A stretch of DNA of 36,687 nt, from positions 1 to 36,687 of the forward strand of contig CALFIZ010000055.1 in the NCBI GenBank assembly GCA_937877575.1, read 5' to 3'. Under the pieces are notes generated by a model. The model was not told the DNA's origin and ran no database searches. It saw only the letters and a program-made list of their open reading frames with translations. Shown here piece after piece: positions 18,474 through 27,177 of this stretch (the first letter of the stretch is position 1; each line of letters opens with the position of its first letter). Position numbers and translations under genes: made by a program. This DNA comes from an uncultured Marinilabiliales bacterium. Its GTDB lineage: Bacteria > Bacteroidota > Bacteroidia > Bacteroidales > BM520.

Positions 18474-20660
18474 ATGATGAATAAGAGTATTTTACGATAT
18501 ACATTACTGATAATCCCGCTGCTGTTTGCATCGTGTGGCAGCCGGGATGCCGATATTGCAGCTGTGAAGGCACTGACAAAAAGAATCATTCCGGATCATG
18601 CCTACAAATTCGTTTTCCATAAGGAGGCATCACCGGCAAACAAGGATTTTTTCAGGCTGGAACAGCATGGCACGAAGATTATTGTGACCGGCAACAATGC
18701 CAATTCCATGGCGACCGGACTTAACTATTACCTCAAACATTATGCTTACATTTACGTTTCATGGTATGCACACGACACCATAGACGAGAACGTTGAGTTT
18801 CCGAAATTGTCGGAAACTGTTGTGAAAGAGGCTGTTGCGGACAGGAGGTTTATGCTCAACTATTGTACGTATGGCTATACTATGCCGTGGTGGGGTTGGA
18901 ATGAGTGGGAGCGTTTCATCGACTGGATGGCGTTGAACGGCATCAATATGCCGCTTTCGCAGACAGGCCAGGAGGCGGTATGGTATGAGGTGTGGAAGGA
19001 ATATGGCATGACTGATGAGGAGATACGTTCTTATTTCAGTGCTCCGGCACATCTGCCCTGGCACAGGATGGCCAACCTTGACGGCTTTCAGGGACCGCTG
19101 CCGGTTGAATGGATTGAAGGTCAGAAGGAACTCCAGAAACAGATTGTCGAAAGGGAGAGACTGTTTAACATGACGACGGTGCTGTCTGCATTCGCCGGAC
19201 ATGTACCCCGCCGGATTAAGGATATGTATCCCGATGCCGATATCAAGGAACTCAGCGAATGGTGCGGATTTGCCCCAACATGCTTCCTTAATTCGCAGGA
19301 ACCGCTGTTTGCCGACATCCAGTCGAAATTCATTGCCAAACAGACAGAACTTTACGGTACAAGTCATGTCTATGGCTTCGACCCGTTTAACGAAATGGAC
19401 CCGCCAAGTTGGGATGAACAATATCTTACTGACGTCTCAGCCAACATATATTCTTCTCTCCAGGCTGTCGATACCGATGCCGAATGGCTTCAGATGTCGT
19501 GGGTTTTCTACTATAAACGCAGAAGCTGGACCCCTGAAAGACTTAAATCATACCTTACTGCAGTTCCACAGGGCAGAATGACGCTGCTCGATTATTTCTG
19601 CGAAAATACAGAAGTGTGGCGACTGAGCGACAAATTTTACGGACAGCCCTATATTTGGTGCTATTTAGGTAATTTCGGCGGAAACACGATGCTTATCGGT
19701 GATATTAACCTCATCAATGACAGAATCAACGGTGTGCTTGCAGAAGGCGGTGACAATCTTGTCGGTATAGGCTCCACCCTCGAATCGTTTGACGTAAGTC
19801 CCCATACATACGAATTTCTGTTTGAAAAGGTGTGGAACAGGGATCTGAATGTTGGTGAATGGGTTAGGAACTGGTCATGTGTTCGTTCCGGAGGTGAGAA
19901 CCTCAACGCATCCATTGCATGGAAAATACTGTCGGAACGGATATACAAAGACTGTTCATACTACGGATTGGGCACCATCCTGAATTCGCGCCCTACGCTG
20001 GAAGGTCATGGCACCTATTACACAAAACCGAACTATTCGTTCAAAAACCGAGACTTGCTGGATGCCTGGATGTTGCTTCTCAGCACTCCAGTGAACAAGG
20101 AAACCTACAACTACGATTTGGTCAACTTCGGGTCTCAGTTGTTGGGTAACTATTATATGAAGGTAAGAGACGAATTTACAGCTGCTTACAAGGAACATGA
20201 CATAATTCTGATGAAGTCGAAAATTGAAGAGGCCAACGACCTTATGAATGATGTGGAGGCTTTGCTCAACACCAACGAGTCGTATCTTTTTGGCAAATGG
20301 ATTGCCGATGCGAGGTCATTCGGCACGACAAAGGAAAGTATGGCATATTATGAACGCAATGCCCGTACCCTGCTTACAATCTGGGGCGGCCCGATATTGA
20401 ATGACTATGCCAATCGTATGTGGGCAGGATTGGTTTCAGGTTATTATGCAAAGCGTTGGAATCTCTTCTTCGATGCTGTAATGGACGCTGCCGAAAACGA
20501 TGTCGAATTCGATGAGGCCGCTTTCAGCAAAGAGTTAAGCAGATTTGAGAACGGTTGGATTAATGACACTGCCAATTTCACATCCAGGCCGGTGGGCAAC
20601 ACGCTTGATGTTGCAAACAGAATTTATTCCAAATGGGAAAAGAAGATCAGTCTTTGGTAA
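18474..20660 (+). CDS. Alpha-N-acetylglucosaminidase (NAGLU, GH89) lipoprotein
   Basis: Lipobox (LLFASC). Strong NAGLU core similarity: RFMLNYCTYGYTMPWWGWNEWERFIDWMALNGINMPLSQTGQEAVWYEVW...PAHLPWHRMANLDGFQGPLP...VLSAFAGHVP. Three-domain length of 728 aa. Confidence 0.88.
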   Translation: MMNKSILRYTLLIIPLLFASCGSRDADIAAVKALTKRIIPDHAYKFVFHKEASPANKDFFRLEQHGTKIIVTGNNANSMATGLNYYLKHYAYIYVSWYAHDTIDENVEFPKLSETVVKEAVADRRFMLNYCTYGYTMPWWGWNEWERFIDWMALNGINMPLSQTGQEAVWYEVWKEYGMTDEEIRSYFSAPAHLPWHRMANLDGFQGPLPVEWIEGQKELQKQIVERERLFNMTTVLSAFAGHVPRRIKDMYPDADIKELSEWCGFAPTCFLNSQEPLFADIQSKFIAKQTELYGTSHVYGFDPFNEMDPPSWDEQYLTDVSANIYSSLQAVDTDAEWLQMSWVFYYKRRSWTPERLKSYLTAVPQGRMTLLDYFCENTEVWRLSDKFYGQPYIWCYLGNFGGNTMLIGDINLINDRINGVLAEGGDNLVGIGSTLESFDVSPHTYEFLFEKVWNRDLNVGEWVRNWSCVRSGGENLNASIAWKILSERIYKDCSYYGLGTILNSRPTLEGHGTYYTKPNYSFKNRDLLDAWMLLLSTPVNKETYNYDLVNFGSQLLGNYYMKVRDEFTAAYKEHDIILMKSKIEEANDLMNDVEALLNTNESYLFGKWIADARSFGTTKESMAYYERNARTLLTIWGGPILNDYANRMWAGLVSGYYAKRWNLFFDAVMDAAENDVEFDEAAFSKELSRFENGWINDTANFTSRPVGNTLDVANRIYSKWEKKISLW

Positions 20661-21231
20661 TCCCGGAATTATTCAGGTTTTTTTGAGTGGCATCTGCTAT
20701 GCTTTTAAAGCGGAAAGCACTGTAAATCTGCCATATACCTGAAATTGTAAGAAATACTCCTATTATCTTTGTGACAACATCCTGTGAATTGTTGGGATAA
20801 AACATAAGATATAATCCTAATATTGTCAGCATTACAGATGTGACAATGGTGACGGATGCTCTTGGAATGTGGCTTGAATATCTTATAGTGGATATTAGGA
20901 GGAAAATGCCGGAGATTGCAATCCAAATGCCGAACGCTATGTAGGCAAAATCAGACAGTTTGGCGTGATATACAATACACAGTATGCCTATTATCAGATA
21001 GATAATGTATTGCAGTATGGGACCGCCCCATTGAATGTCTTTTTTCGTATGGATGAAGTCGATGCATAATAAAATTACACTTGACACCACCATAATTATA
21101 CCGAACCATTTAATCATTGTACCGAGAACATCGGATTCCACAAACAATAGAATTATGCCGAACAATGTTGAAAGTATGCCGTTGACAAGTATTGTTTTCC
21201 ATACTTTGTTGAAGAGAGAGAAAATGCCCAT
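20647..21231 (-). CDS. HdeD/DUF308-family integral membrane protein
   Basis: 194 aa with about six hydrophobic helices and the repeated G(I/L)xxIxxG(I/L) pattern typical of DUF308. The call rests on architecture only. Confidence 0.5.
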   Translation of the reverse strand: MGIFSLFNKVWKTILVNGILSTLFGIILLFVESDVLGTMIKWFGIIMVVSSVILLCIDFIHTKKDIQWGGPILQYIIYLIIGILCIVYHAKLSDFAYIAFGIWIAISGIFLLISTIRYSSHIPRASVTIVTSVMLTILGLYLMFYPNNSQDVVTKIIGVFLTISGIWQIYSAFRFKSIADATQKNLNNSGITKD

Positions 21232-21241
21232 GATGAATAAT

Positions 21242-22015
21242 TTAAATGTTAATGAATAATCTCAGAATTAAATATACACCGCATCCGACCAGCAGAATGC
21301 TCATTATTTTGCTTATGCGCAGGATTAATTTGTAACTTATGACATCTTTGATTTTCTGACCGAGATAAGACTTGATAAGGTCGATGCAGAAGGTTGTAAG
21401 CACTGTACCCGTGAAGAATGCTATCATAGGCATGATGTCGTCACTGCCAATGGTTACGCTGACTGTGCTGACGGCGGCGAACCAGAAGAACAGCAGAAAT
21501 GGGTTAAACACGTTGAGGAAGTAGCCTTTAATAGTATATACATACCATTTGGCGTCAGGTCCCAAATTCTTCTGAAAGAAATTCAGCCGTTTTTTTACAA
21601 TCTCTCCTTCGGCGTTTTCATCGATTATGTCCATATCGGTGATTTCATTGCTTTCCTTGTTATTGTATTCAGCGTTTTCATCGATTATGCCCATATCGGT
21701 AAGTTCATTGTTTTTCTTATTATTATAAGGGTTTTTCGGTGGATTGAAGAATGAGTATATTCCGTATAAAATAAGTATTATGCCGCCGACTATACCTATG
21801 TAGTTGGTATAGTCTGGATTATCCAATAGTGATGTGAAGCCAAACAGACTGATTGCTATCAGCGTGCAGTCGCTTAGGAGGATTCCCGTTGCCATGGCAT
21901 AGCCGTACTTTCTCCCTCTCTGAATTCCAACCTGGAGCAAAGCGATGAATGCCGGTCCGATGGAGAACGAAAGCCCGATTCCTAATACTATTCCCTTTAA
22001 AAAAGCGTGAATCAT
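21242..22015 (-). CDS. LysE/RhtB-family amino-acid (derivative) exporter with a duplicated Asn/Asp-rich insertion in the central loop
   Basis: N-terminal LysE signature (FLKGIVLGIGLSFSIGPAFIALLQVGIQRGRKYGYAMATGILLSDCTLI) and two 3-TM halves. The central loop carries the 2x20-aa repeat YNNKKNNELTDMGIIDENAE / YNNKESNEITDMDIIDENAE. Confidence 0.8.
   Translation of the reverse strand: MIHAFLKGIVLGIGLSFSIGPAFIALLQVGIQRGRKYGYAMATGILLSDCTLIAISLFGFTSLLDNPDYTNYIGIVGGIILILYGIYSFFNPPKNPYNNKKNNELTDMGIIDENAEYNNKESNEITDMDIIDENAEGEIVKKRLNFFQKNLGPDAKWYVYTIKGYFLNVFNPFLLFFWFAAVSTVSVTIGSDDIMPMIAFFTGTVLTTFCIDLIKSYLGQKIKDVISYKLILRISKIMSILLVGCGVYLILRLFINI
21611..21730 (-). repeat. Two-copy 60-bp in-frame tandem repeat inside the LysE gene
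   Basis: Unit 1 is 21611-21670 and unit 2 is 21671-21730. They share the exact blocks GCGTTTTCATCGATTATG and CCATATCGGT at the same phase. By my hand count about 11 of 60 positions differ. Confidence 0.9.
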
Positions 22016-23547
22016 TATTTACATGTGTTTTCTATAAATTTTTCCCAATCGGTTAACTTTTCACCTTTGATTACGCGAGGAAACTTGAACTGGGCTCCTA
22101 ATTTGCCTGAATATTCCATGTAATCATAGAAGACCTTTGAAGGTAAAATGGTGATTATCAGTTCATTGATGGCGGCAATTCTTTCAACGCGGAAGTCATC
22201 GTTCAGAATTTTGAGATTTCTGTCAATGGATTCCTTGGCCTTTTGCGGGTCAAGAGGGTCATCAGTGCCTATATACCAATGATGTGCAAACATTTTGTCG
22301 TGTTTGATGCCGGCTACGGTGAATTCCTTTACGTTGACGTTAAGTTCATTTTCCATGCGTTCTATGGCCATGTTCATGTTTTCCTGGCTCAGATGTTCTC
22401 CGCAGATGCTGAGGTAGTGCTTGGTGCGTCCGGTGATTTGTATTTCGCAGCGGTTGAGGTCGGTGAATTTGATGGTGTCACCGATTAAATACCGCCATGC
22501 CCCTGAGACGCTGGAGAGGACGAGGGCATAGATTTCATCCGTTTTCACCTCGTTGAGTGACAGAGTTTTGGCATCACGGTGGACATTGCCGTTTTCATCG
22601 AAATTCTTTTCATTGAAAGGCAGGAATTCAAAGAATATCCCATTGTTGGTCACAAGCTGCATCGAATCGGTGTCAGGTCTTGTCTGAAGCGCTATAAAGC
22701 CTTCGGAGGCCAAGTATGTCTCCATGTATATCAAAGGATGTGCGAGCAACTTTTCGAAACCGGCTTTATAAGGTTTGAATGAAACGCCTCCGTGAATGAA
22801 GATGGTGAGGTTCGGCCACAGTTCATGTATGTTTTTCAGATGATATTCCTCAATGATTCTTTCAAGGAGAATCTGAAACCATGAAGGCACGCCGACAATT
22901 GCTGCCACATCCCAATCTTTGGCTTTCTTTACTATTTCTTCAATTTTCTTCGTCCAGTCCTTTTGTTTGGAGATTTCGCTGCCCGGCAGATAATATTTTT
23001 GAAACCAATAAGGCAGATGTCCTGTGGTTATGCCTGACAAATCACCCTGATAATAGGAACCGTCCTTGTCGAGTTCGGTGCTTCCGCCAAGCATTAAGGC
23101 TCCCTTGGTGAACAGTGTGACAGGGAGGTTGTATTTCGGCATGTTGATTATCTCGCGGATAGAAGTCTTTCTAATCTGACGAATCATTGACAATGTCACG
23201 GGAATATATTTGCTTGAGGCTCCTGATGTTCCGGAACTGAGTGCAAAAAATTTGACTTTTCCGGGCCAGCAAATATCAGCTTGCCCTTCCTGACATTTGT
23301 ACCACCATTCGTTATGGATTGTATCGTAGTCATTAAGAGGAATGGCGGATTTGAAATTCTCAAGAATTTTTTTTCTTGAATAAAGCATTGATTCAAAATC
23401 ATAATATACGCCGAACTGTGTATTTACGGCAGTGCGCAGCAGTCTTCTCAAAACTCTGTTCTGTTCTCTCTCATGAGTTTTGAGAGTTTCCACTGTATTA
23501 TCACGATGTTCTAAAGAATGCTTAAGTATTGTTCCAATTAATGGCAT
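22015..23547 (-). CDS. GH3-family (auxin-responsive GH3-like) acyl-adenylate-forming enzyme
   Basis: 510 aa. FALSSGTSGASSKYIPVT matches the GH3/ANL-type P-loop-like motif. Length and layout fit the bacterial 'GH3 auxin-responsive promoter' family common in Bacteroidota. The stop codon shares one nt with the LysE start. Confidence 0.8.
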   Translation of the reverse strand: MPLIGTILKHSLEHRDNTVETLKTHEREQNRVLRRLLRTAVNTQFGVYYDFESMLYSRKKILENFKSAIPLNDYDTIHNEWWYKCQEGQADICWPGKVKFFALSSGTSGASSKYIPVTLSMIRQIRKTSIREIINMPKYNLPVTLFTKGALMLGGSTELDKDGSYYQGDLSGITTGHLPYWFQKYYLPGSEISKQKDWTKKIEEIVKKAKDWDVAAIVGVPSWFQILLERIIEEYHLKNIHELWPNLTIFIHGGVSFKPYKAGFEKLLAHPLIYMETYLASEGFIALQTRPDTDSMQLVTNNGIFFEFLPFNEKNFDENGNVHRDAKTLSLNEVKTDEIYALVLSSVSGAWRYLIGDTIKFTDLNRCEIQITGRTKHYLSICGEHLSQENMNMAIERMENELNVNVKEFTVAGIKHDKMFAHHWYIGTDDPLDPQKAKESIDRNLKILNDDFRVERIAAINELIITILPSKVFYDYMEYSGKLGAQFKFPRVIKGEKLTDWEKFIENTCK

Positions 23548-23569
23548 ATTATGACTGTTTAAAATTGAT

Positions 23570-25126
23570 TTATTGCATTATAATATTGACAATGAGCACT
23601 ATATCTCTGATATCGATTGCATTGTCTCCATTGACGTCAGCATTGTCGAATATGAAGTCTTCCGGCTCATTTTCATTAATATATGAAATCACCGTGTTGA
23701 TGTCGCTTACGTTAACACTGCCGTCACCGTTGGCATCGCCACTGATTATTGAAATCTGTATTGGTCCCAGTGTGCCGTCAAGTTTCAGATTCTGTGCATA
23801 AAGTCCTTGCGGCCCTCTTGCATCGTTCCATGAATATATGAGCTGTCCGTTGTGAAATCCTGAGCAGACATTGCTTCCGGATTTCGAACTTGCCAGACTG
23901 CACAGATACACACTTTCGTTATCCCAGACAAATTCTCCGTCTGCATCTACACGCAGGGCTTTTATGGTTGACTGGTTATTTGTATTGCCAAATTCATATA
24001 TCAGCACTGCACCACCTGTCGGAACGGCTGCACTTGTTATAGGATACACATAATCATTATTCCCGCTCAATGATACGCCGGTATTAGTCCACAATCTGTT
24101 TCCTGTAGCTGTAAAACATTGTCCTTTAAGTTGGTAAGTGGTCTCAGTTGTATTTGACCTTCTGAAAAACATGATACAGTTGTTAGTGGTGGGGTCAACA
24201 GAAATGGTCGGATAATAGTTGTATGCATTACTTTCAATGCTTGCAAAAACACCCGTCACAGGAGTTGTGGCTATTCCGTCTGAGTTGAAATGACCCATCA
24301 CCGCCTGATGGGTATTGTTTATAACAGGTTTGGTGGCAACGTAACCGCCCCCTAAGCCATCGGGAACAAACTGGAGTTCAGTTGAGAAATTATATGAGTA
24401 GCTTTGAATAAGCGTTGTGGCTAACCATATCTGAGTGCCGGAAGTGCTGTATTTGCATATTTTCACCTCTCTGTCAGGCCACATGAATGTACCGCCTGTC
24501 TTATGAAAATAAGCCATGATGGCGTTGTTGTTGTCATCACAGATTACATGTCCGAAATCAGAGTTGTTCTCAATTGTAATAATAGGGTCTGTGGTTCCGT
24601 CGGCATTGATATGACGCATATAACATGCCTCACCTAACCATGCTGCCCAGGCTGATCCATCATTGCATGGATAAACGTATATGCGGTATGCATCTGAATT
24701 TGACAGCTGAACGCCATTGTCGCCCCAAAGAAATTCACCTGTTTGTGAAATCTTGTAGATAAACGGATTCATGTCACCGTTGCGCGTGTCGGCAAATGCA
24801 ACCAGTGCGCAGCCATCGGACGAAACCTCCAGTGCAGTGCCGTACAATGCCGAGCTGTTTTGGTTTGTGCTGATTATAATACCATTTTCCTGCCACTGTG
24901 CAACGCCTTGATTGTCATATAACTGCATCATAGGACGCATTCCGCTGCTCGTCAGAATAAACCATTGTATGTATGTCATACCCGTCGCTTCATAGGTCGC
25001 TGTCAAAGACCCGAATGTCTCTCCATTGGAATATACAACGTTGTTTACTGACGGATCATTGCTCCATTGGGCTGACAACTGCATCGCCATGCACGCAATA
25101 ACAAGAAGTGATAACAGTTTTTTCAT
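23570..25126 (-). CDS. Secreted repeat (beta-propeller-like) protein with C-terminal type-I dockerin module
   Basis: Signal peptide MKKLLSLLVIACMAMQLSAQ. Recurring (S/T/N/D)GxxxW...G blades: YDNQGVAQWQENG, ISQTGEFLWGDNG, YSTSGTQIWLA, FTATGNRLWTNTG, VDADGEFVWDNES. The C-terminal 56 aa (23573-23740) hold two Ca-binding dockerin segments, GDANGDGSVNVSDINTVISYI and DVNGDNAIDIRDIVLIVNII. Confidence 0.75.
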   Translation of the reverse strand: MKKLLSLLVIACMAMQLSAQWSNDPSVNNVVYSNGETFGSLTATYEATGMTYIQWFILTSSGMRPMMQLYDNQGVAQWQENGIIISTNQNSSALYGTALEVSSDGCALVAFADTRNGDMNPFIYKISQTGEFLWGDNGVQLSNSDAYRIYVYPCNDGSAWAAWLGEACYMRHINADGTTDPIITIENNSDFGHVICDDNNNAIMAYFHKTGGTFMWPDREVKICKYSTSGTQIWLATTLIQSYSYNFSTELQFVPDGLGGGYVATKPVINNTHQAVMGHFNSDGIATTPVTGVFASIESNAYNYYPTISVDPTTNNCIMFFRRSNTTETTYQLKGQCFTATGNRLWTNTGVSLSGNNDYVYPITSAAVPTGGAVLIYEFGNTNNQSTIKALRVDADGEFVWDNESVYLCSLASSKSGSNVCSGFHNGQLIYSWNDARGPQGLYAQNLKLDGTLGPIQISIISGDANGDGSVNVSDINTVISYINENEPEDFIFDNADVNGDNAIDIRDIVLIVNIIMQ

Positions 25127-25153
25127 GATTCTTTTTAATTGTTTATAAACTGC

Positions 25154-25161
25154 AAAGATAT
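25154..25161 (-). promoter_or_regulatory. Candidate -7 box (TATCTTTG on minus strand) for the dockerin-protein gene, embedded in a 14-bp palindrome
   Basis: The plus strand reads CAAAGATA, which is TATCTTTG on the minus strand and matches TAnnTTTG. It lies 27 nt upstream of the ATG at 25126 and overlaps the perfect palindrome AAAGATATATCTTT (25155-25168). Confidence 0.45.
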
Positions 25162-25178
25162 ATCTTTTCTCAGAATAA

Positions 25179-27158
25179 TTAATGACTAAGTTTTGATGGG
25201 ATATAATTTAAGTCGATAAATGATATTCCGTCTTTTGATATTTTCATTAGCAAAGACTGCATCGGTTTGAAATCCAATGAAATATTCTCTGACCTCCCGT
25301 GATGGTTGACGGTAATGTCACGATGACTCCCTTCATCAGTGAAGGCATAGCAGTATTCAAGCGGGTATTTTATGGTTTGTGACATTGGATTTGCAAAGAA
25401 CACGTAATAATCGTCATTGTCCTCCCTAATCCAGAAATCCGGCAGATTATCTCCTGCAATCAATGGAACAGCGGTGATTACATCATCACTGGATGCGACA
25501 TTTTTATAGGTTGTCAGTTCTTTCAGCAGTTTTGCATAATTGTCATTCTTGATTTTCCCGGGCTGTAAAGGTATTCTCTTGAGACAGATAGGTAACCCCT
25601 CTGACGCTAATTTTATCATTGTTTCAAGAGAACTGATATCCATATATTCCACATCAACCAACAGCGCATTGAATTTCATGTCACCGCACAGCAACTCACC
25701 GTCCTTGTATGTCGCACTCTCAAGAAAACGGTTGTTAACCCACAGCGGTTGCAGGCCTTTATATTCTTCAGGAGTGTTTATGTATCTCAGTTCATACTCA
25801 CCCCAAGCCCACGGCATTTGCAGCGAGTCGGGATATTCCATGCCCATCCAGGCGTCTTCAAGCGGCATATATACGGCTAACTTACTGTATGTGTTGCCCT
25901 TGCGCATGTATTCGGATACGGTGGCCATATATCTGTTGAAATCCGTCAGAGGCTGTCCTGACAGATTGTGTATTTCATTGGAACTGATTTGGCACGTTGT
26001 ATAGAAATAGTTGGTTGTGTCACCGACTTTGTTGTATGGGAAGCCGTGCCATATTATTTGGTTGGTGCCGTTGGCGAACAGGGCGTCACAGATAAGTTTC
26101 AAATCGGCTATCTGCTCTTTCCCCTGATACGGACTCTGTCCGCGACCGTGTTTATATCCCCAGCCTTTCCAACCGTATGCACACGTAAATGTCTCGGATG
26201 TAATCACAGGCTTGCCTGCCAATGCCGCAGCCGATGCAGGGATCTTACTGAACGTCGGCTCGTAAAGGATTGCCTCCGTTTCAGGTACATCAACAAGGGC
26301 AAAAGCGGTGAGCAAATCGGTAGGCGCACCACCGCATTGTGCTCTCGCAAAGGCTCCTGCTGATTCAGCATTCTGCTCAAAGGGAATGTAAAACTCATTC
26401 AGCACATAGTCTGACAACACTTTCATGTAATCATAGAAAACATCTGCATTTTCGTGGTTAAGCAGCGTCCGGTCACTCATGTAGGGCTCTATGTAATAGC
26501 CATTCACCTCCCTGAACTTCTCTCCAAAGCCTTTTGTCCAAAGATATTGTGTCTCGACTTCCCAGGAATCGACAAACACTCCGGATTTGCTGCCTTTGTA
26601 TGCTTCATGAAGACCTTTGTTCATCTTATCGGCATAGCGCATAAAGGCGTTTTTGTCCAAGTGGTTCAATATTCTGGCAATCCTCGGATGATCCCATGTT
26701 ATCGAACGTTTTGCGATTTCCACCGAGTCGAAATAGTTGCGTGTCTGGTCACCTTCAGGGAGGTTGACATCACAGAAAGGCCAAAGGGTGCCGTAGGTGA
26801 AATCACAGCCCAGGCCTATCCTGTCGGCATATCTCTTTGTAAATGCCACGTAACTGCTCCATTCGTCCGACAGAAATGCAGGATGAACTGTCGTTGAGTC
26901 ACCGCCCATCGGATATATCCATGCAATCTCAACCCCGCCGAAATCATGGGCCTTCAGCCAGTCAAGCTGGCCTTTTACGTCATTGGTGTCAATAGTTGCA
27001 GCAAACCACCACCAGCGTGTGTATGGTTTATAGGATGAATAGTATTCGGTTTCGTTCTGAGGTTGGTCCCCGTTTGTTTTTGAACCGCAGCCGGCTGCCA
27101 AGGCACAAATCATTCCGAGGCCGACAATGATAAGGAGTTTAGACAAGTTGTTTTTCAT
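25179..27158 (-). CDS. Putative glycoside hydrolase lipoprotein (GH106-like signature; substrate unknown)
   Basis: Lipobox (ALAAGC). The N-terminal KPYTRWWWFAATIDTNDVKGQLDWLKAHDFGGVEIAWIYP and the later YLWTKGFGEKFREVNGYYIEPYM resemble the K/RPxxxWWW...GI(G)GVE and W(T)..F.EEF.K.RGYDL.PY motifs I associate with GH106-type rhamnosidase-like enzymes. At 659 aa it is much shorter than those enzymes. Confidence 0.5.
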   Translation of the reverse strand: MKNNLSKLLIIVGLGMICALAAGCGSKTNGDQPQNETEYYSSYKPYTRWWWFAATIDTNDVKGQLDWLKAHDFGGVEIAWIYPMGGDSTTVHPAFLSDEWSSYVAFTKRYADRIGLGCDFTYGTLWPFCDVNLPEGDQTRNYFDSVEIAKRSITWDHPRIARILNHLDKNAFMRYADKMNKGLHEAYKGSKSGVFVDSWEVETQYLWTKGFGEKFREVNGYYIEPYMSDRTLLNHENADVFYDYMKVLSDYVLNEFYIPFEQNAESAGAFARAQCGGAPTDLLTAFALVDVPETEAILYEPTFSKIPASAAALAGKPVITSETFTCAYGWKGWGYKHGRGQSPYQGKEQIADLKLICDALFANGTNQIIWHGFPYNKVGDTTNYFYTTCQISSNEIHNLSGQPLTDFNRYMATVSEYMRKGNTYSKLAVYMPLEDAWMGMEYPDSLQMPWAWGEYELRYINTPEEYKGLQPLWVNNRFLESATYKDGELLCGDMKFNALLVDVEYMDISSLETMIKLASEGLPICLKRIPLQPGKIKNDNYAKLLKELTTYKNVASSDDVITAVPLIAGDNLPDFWIREDNDDYYVFFANPMSQTIKYPLEYCYAFTDEGSHRDITVNHHGRSENISLDFKPMQSLLMKISKDGISFIDLNYIPSKLSH

Positions 27159-27177
27159 TTTATTTGGGATTTATTGA

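Noticed and set aside
18759-19421. 220-aa antisense ORF within the NAGLU gene. Similar antisense ORFs occur at 4346-4861, 33491-34078, 34865-35470 and 36003-36638.
   Set aside because: All lie opposite long ORFs with strong family signatures. Their translations are Arg/Ser/Leu-rich or otherwise featureless, as expected for chance open antisense frames.
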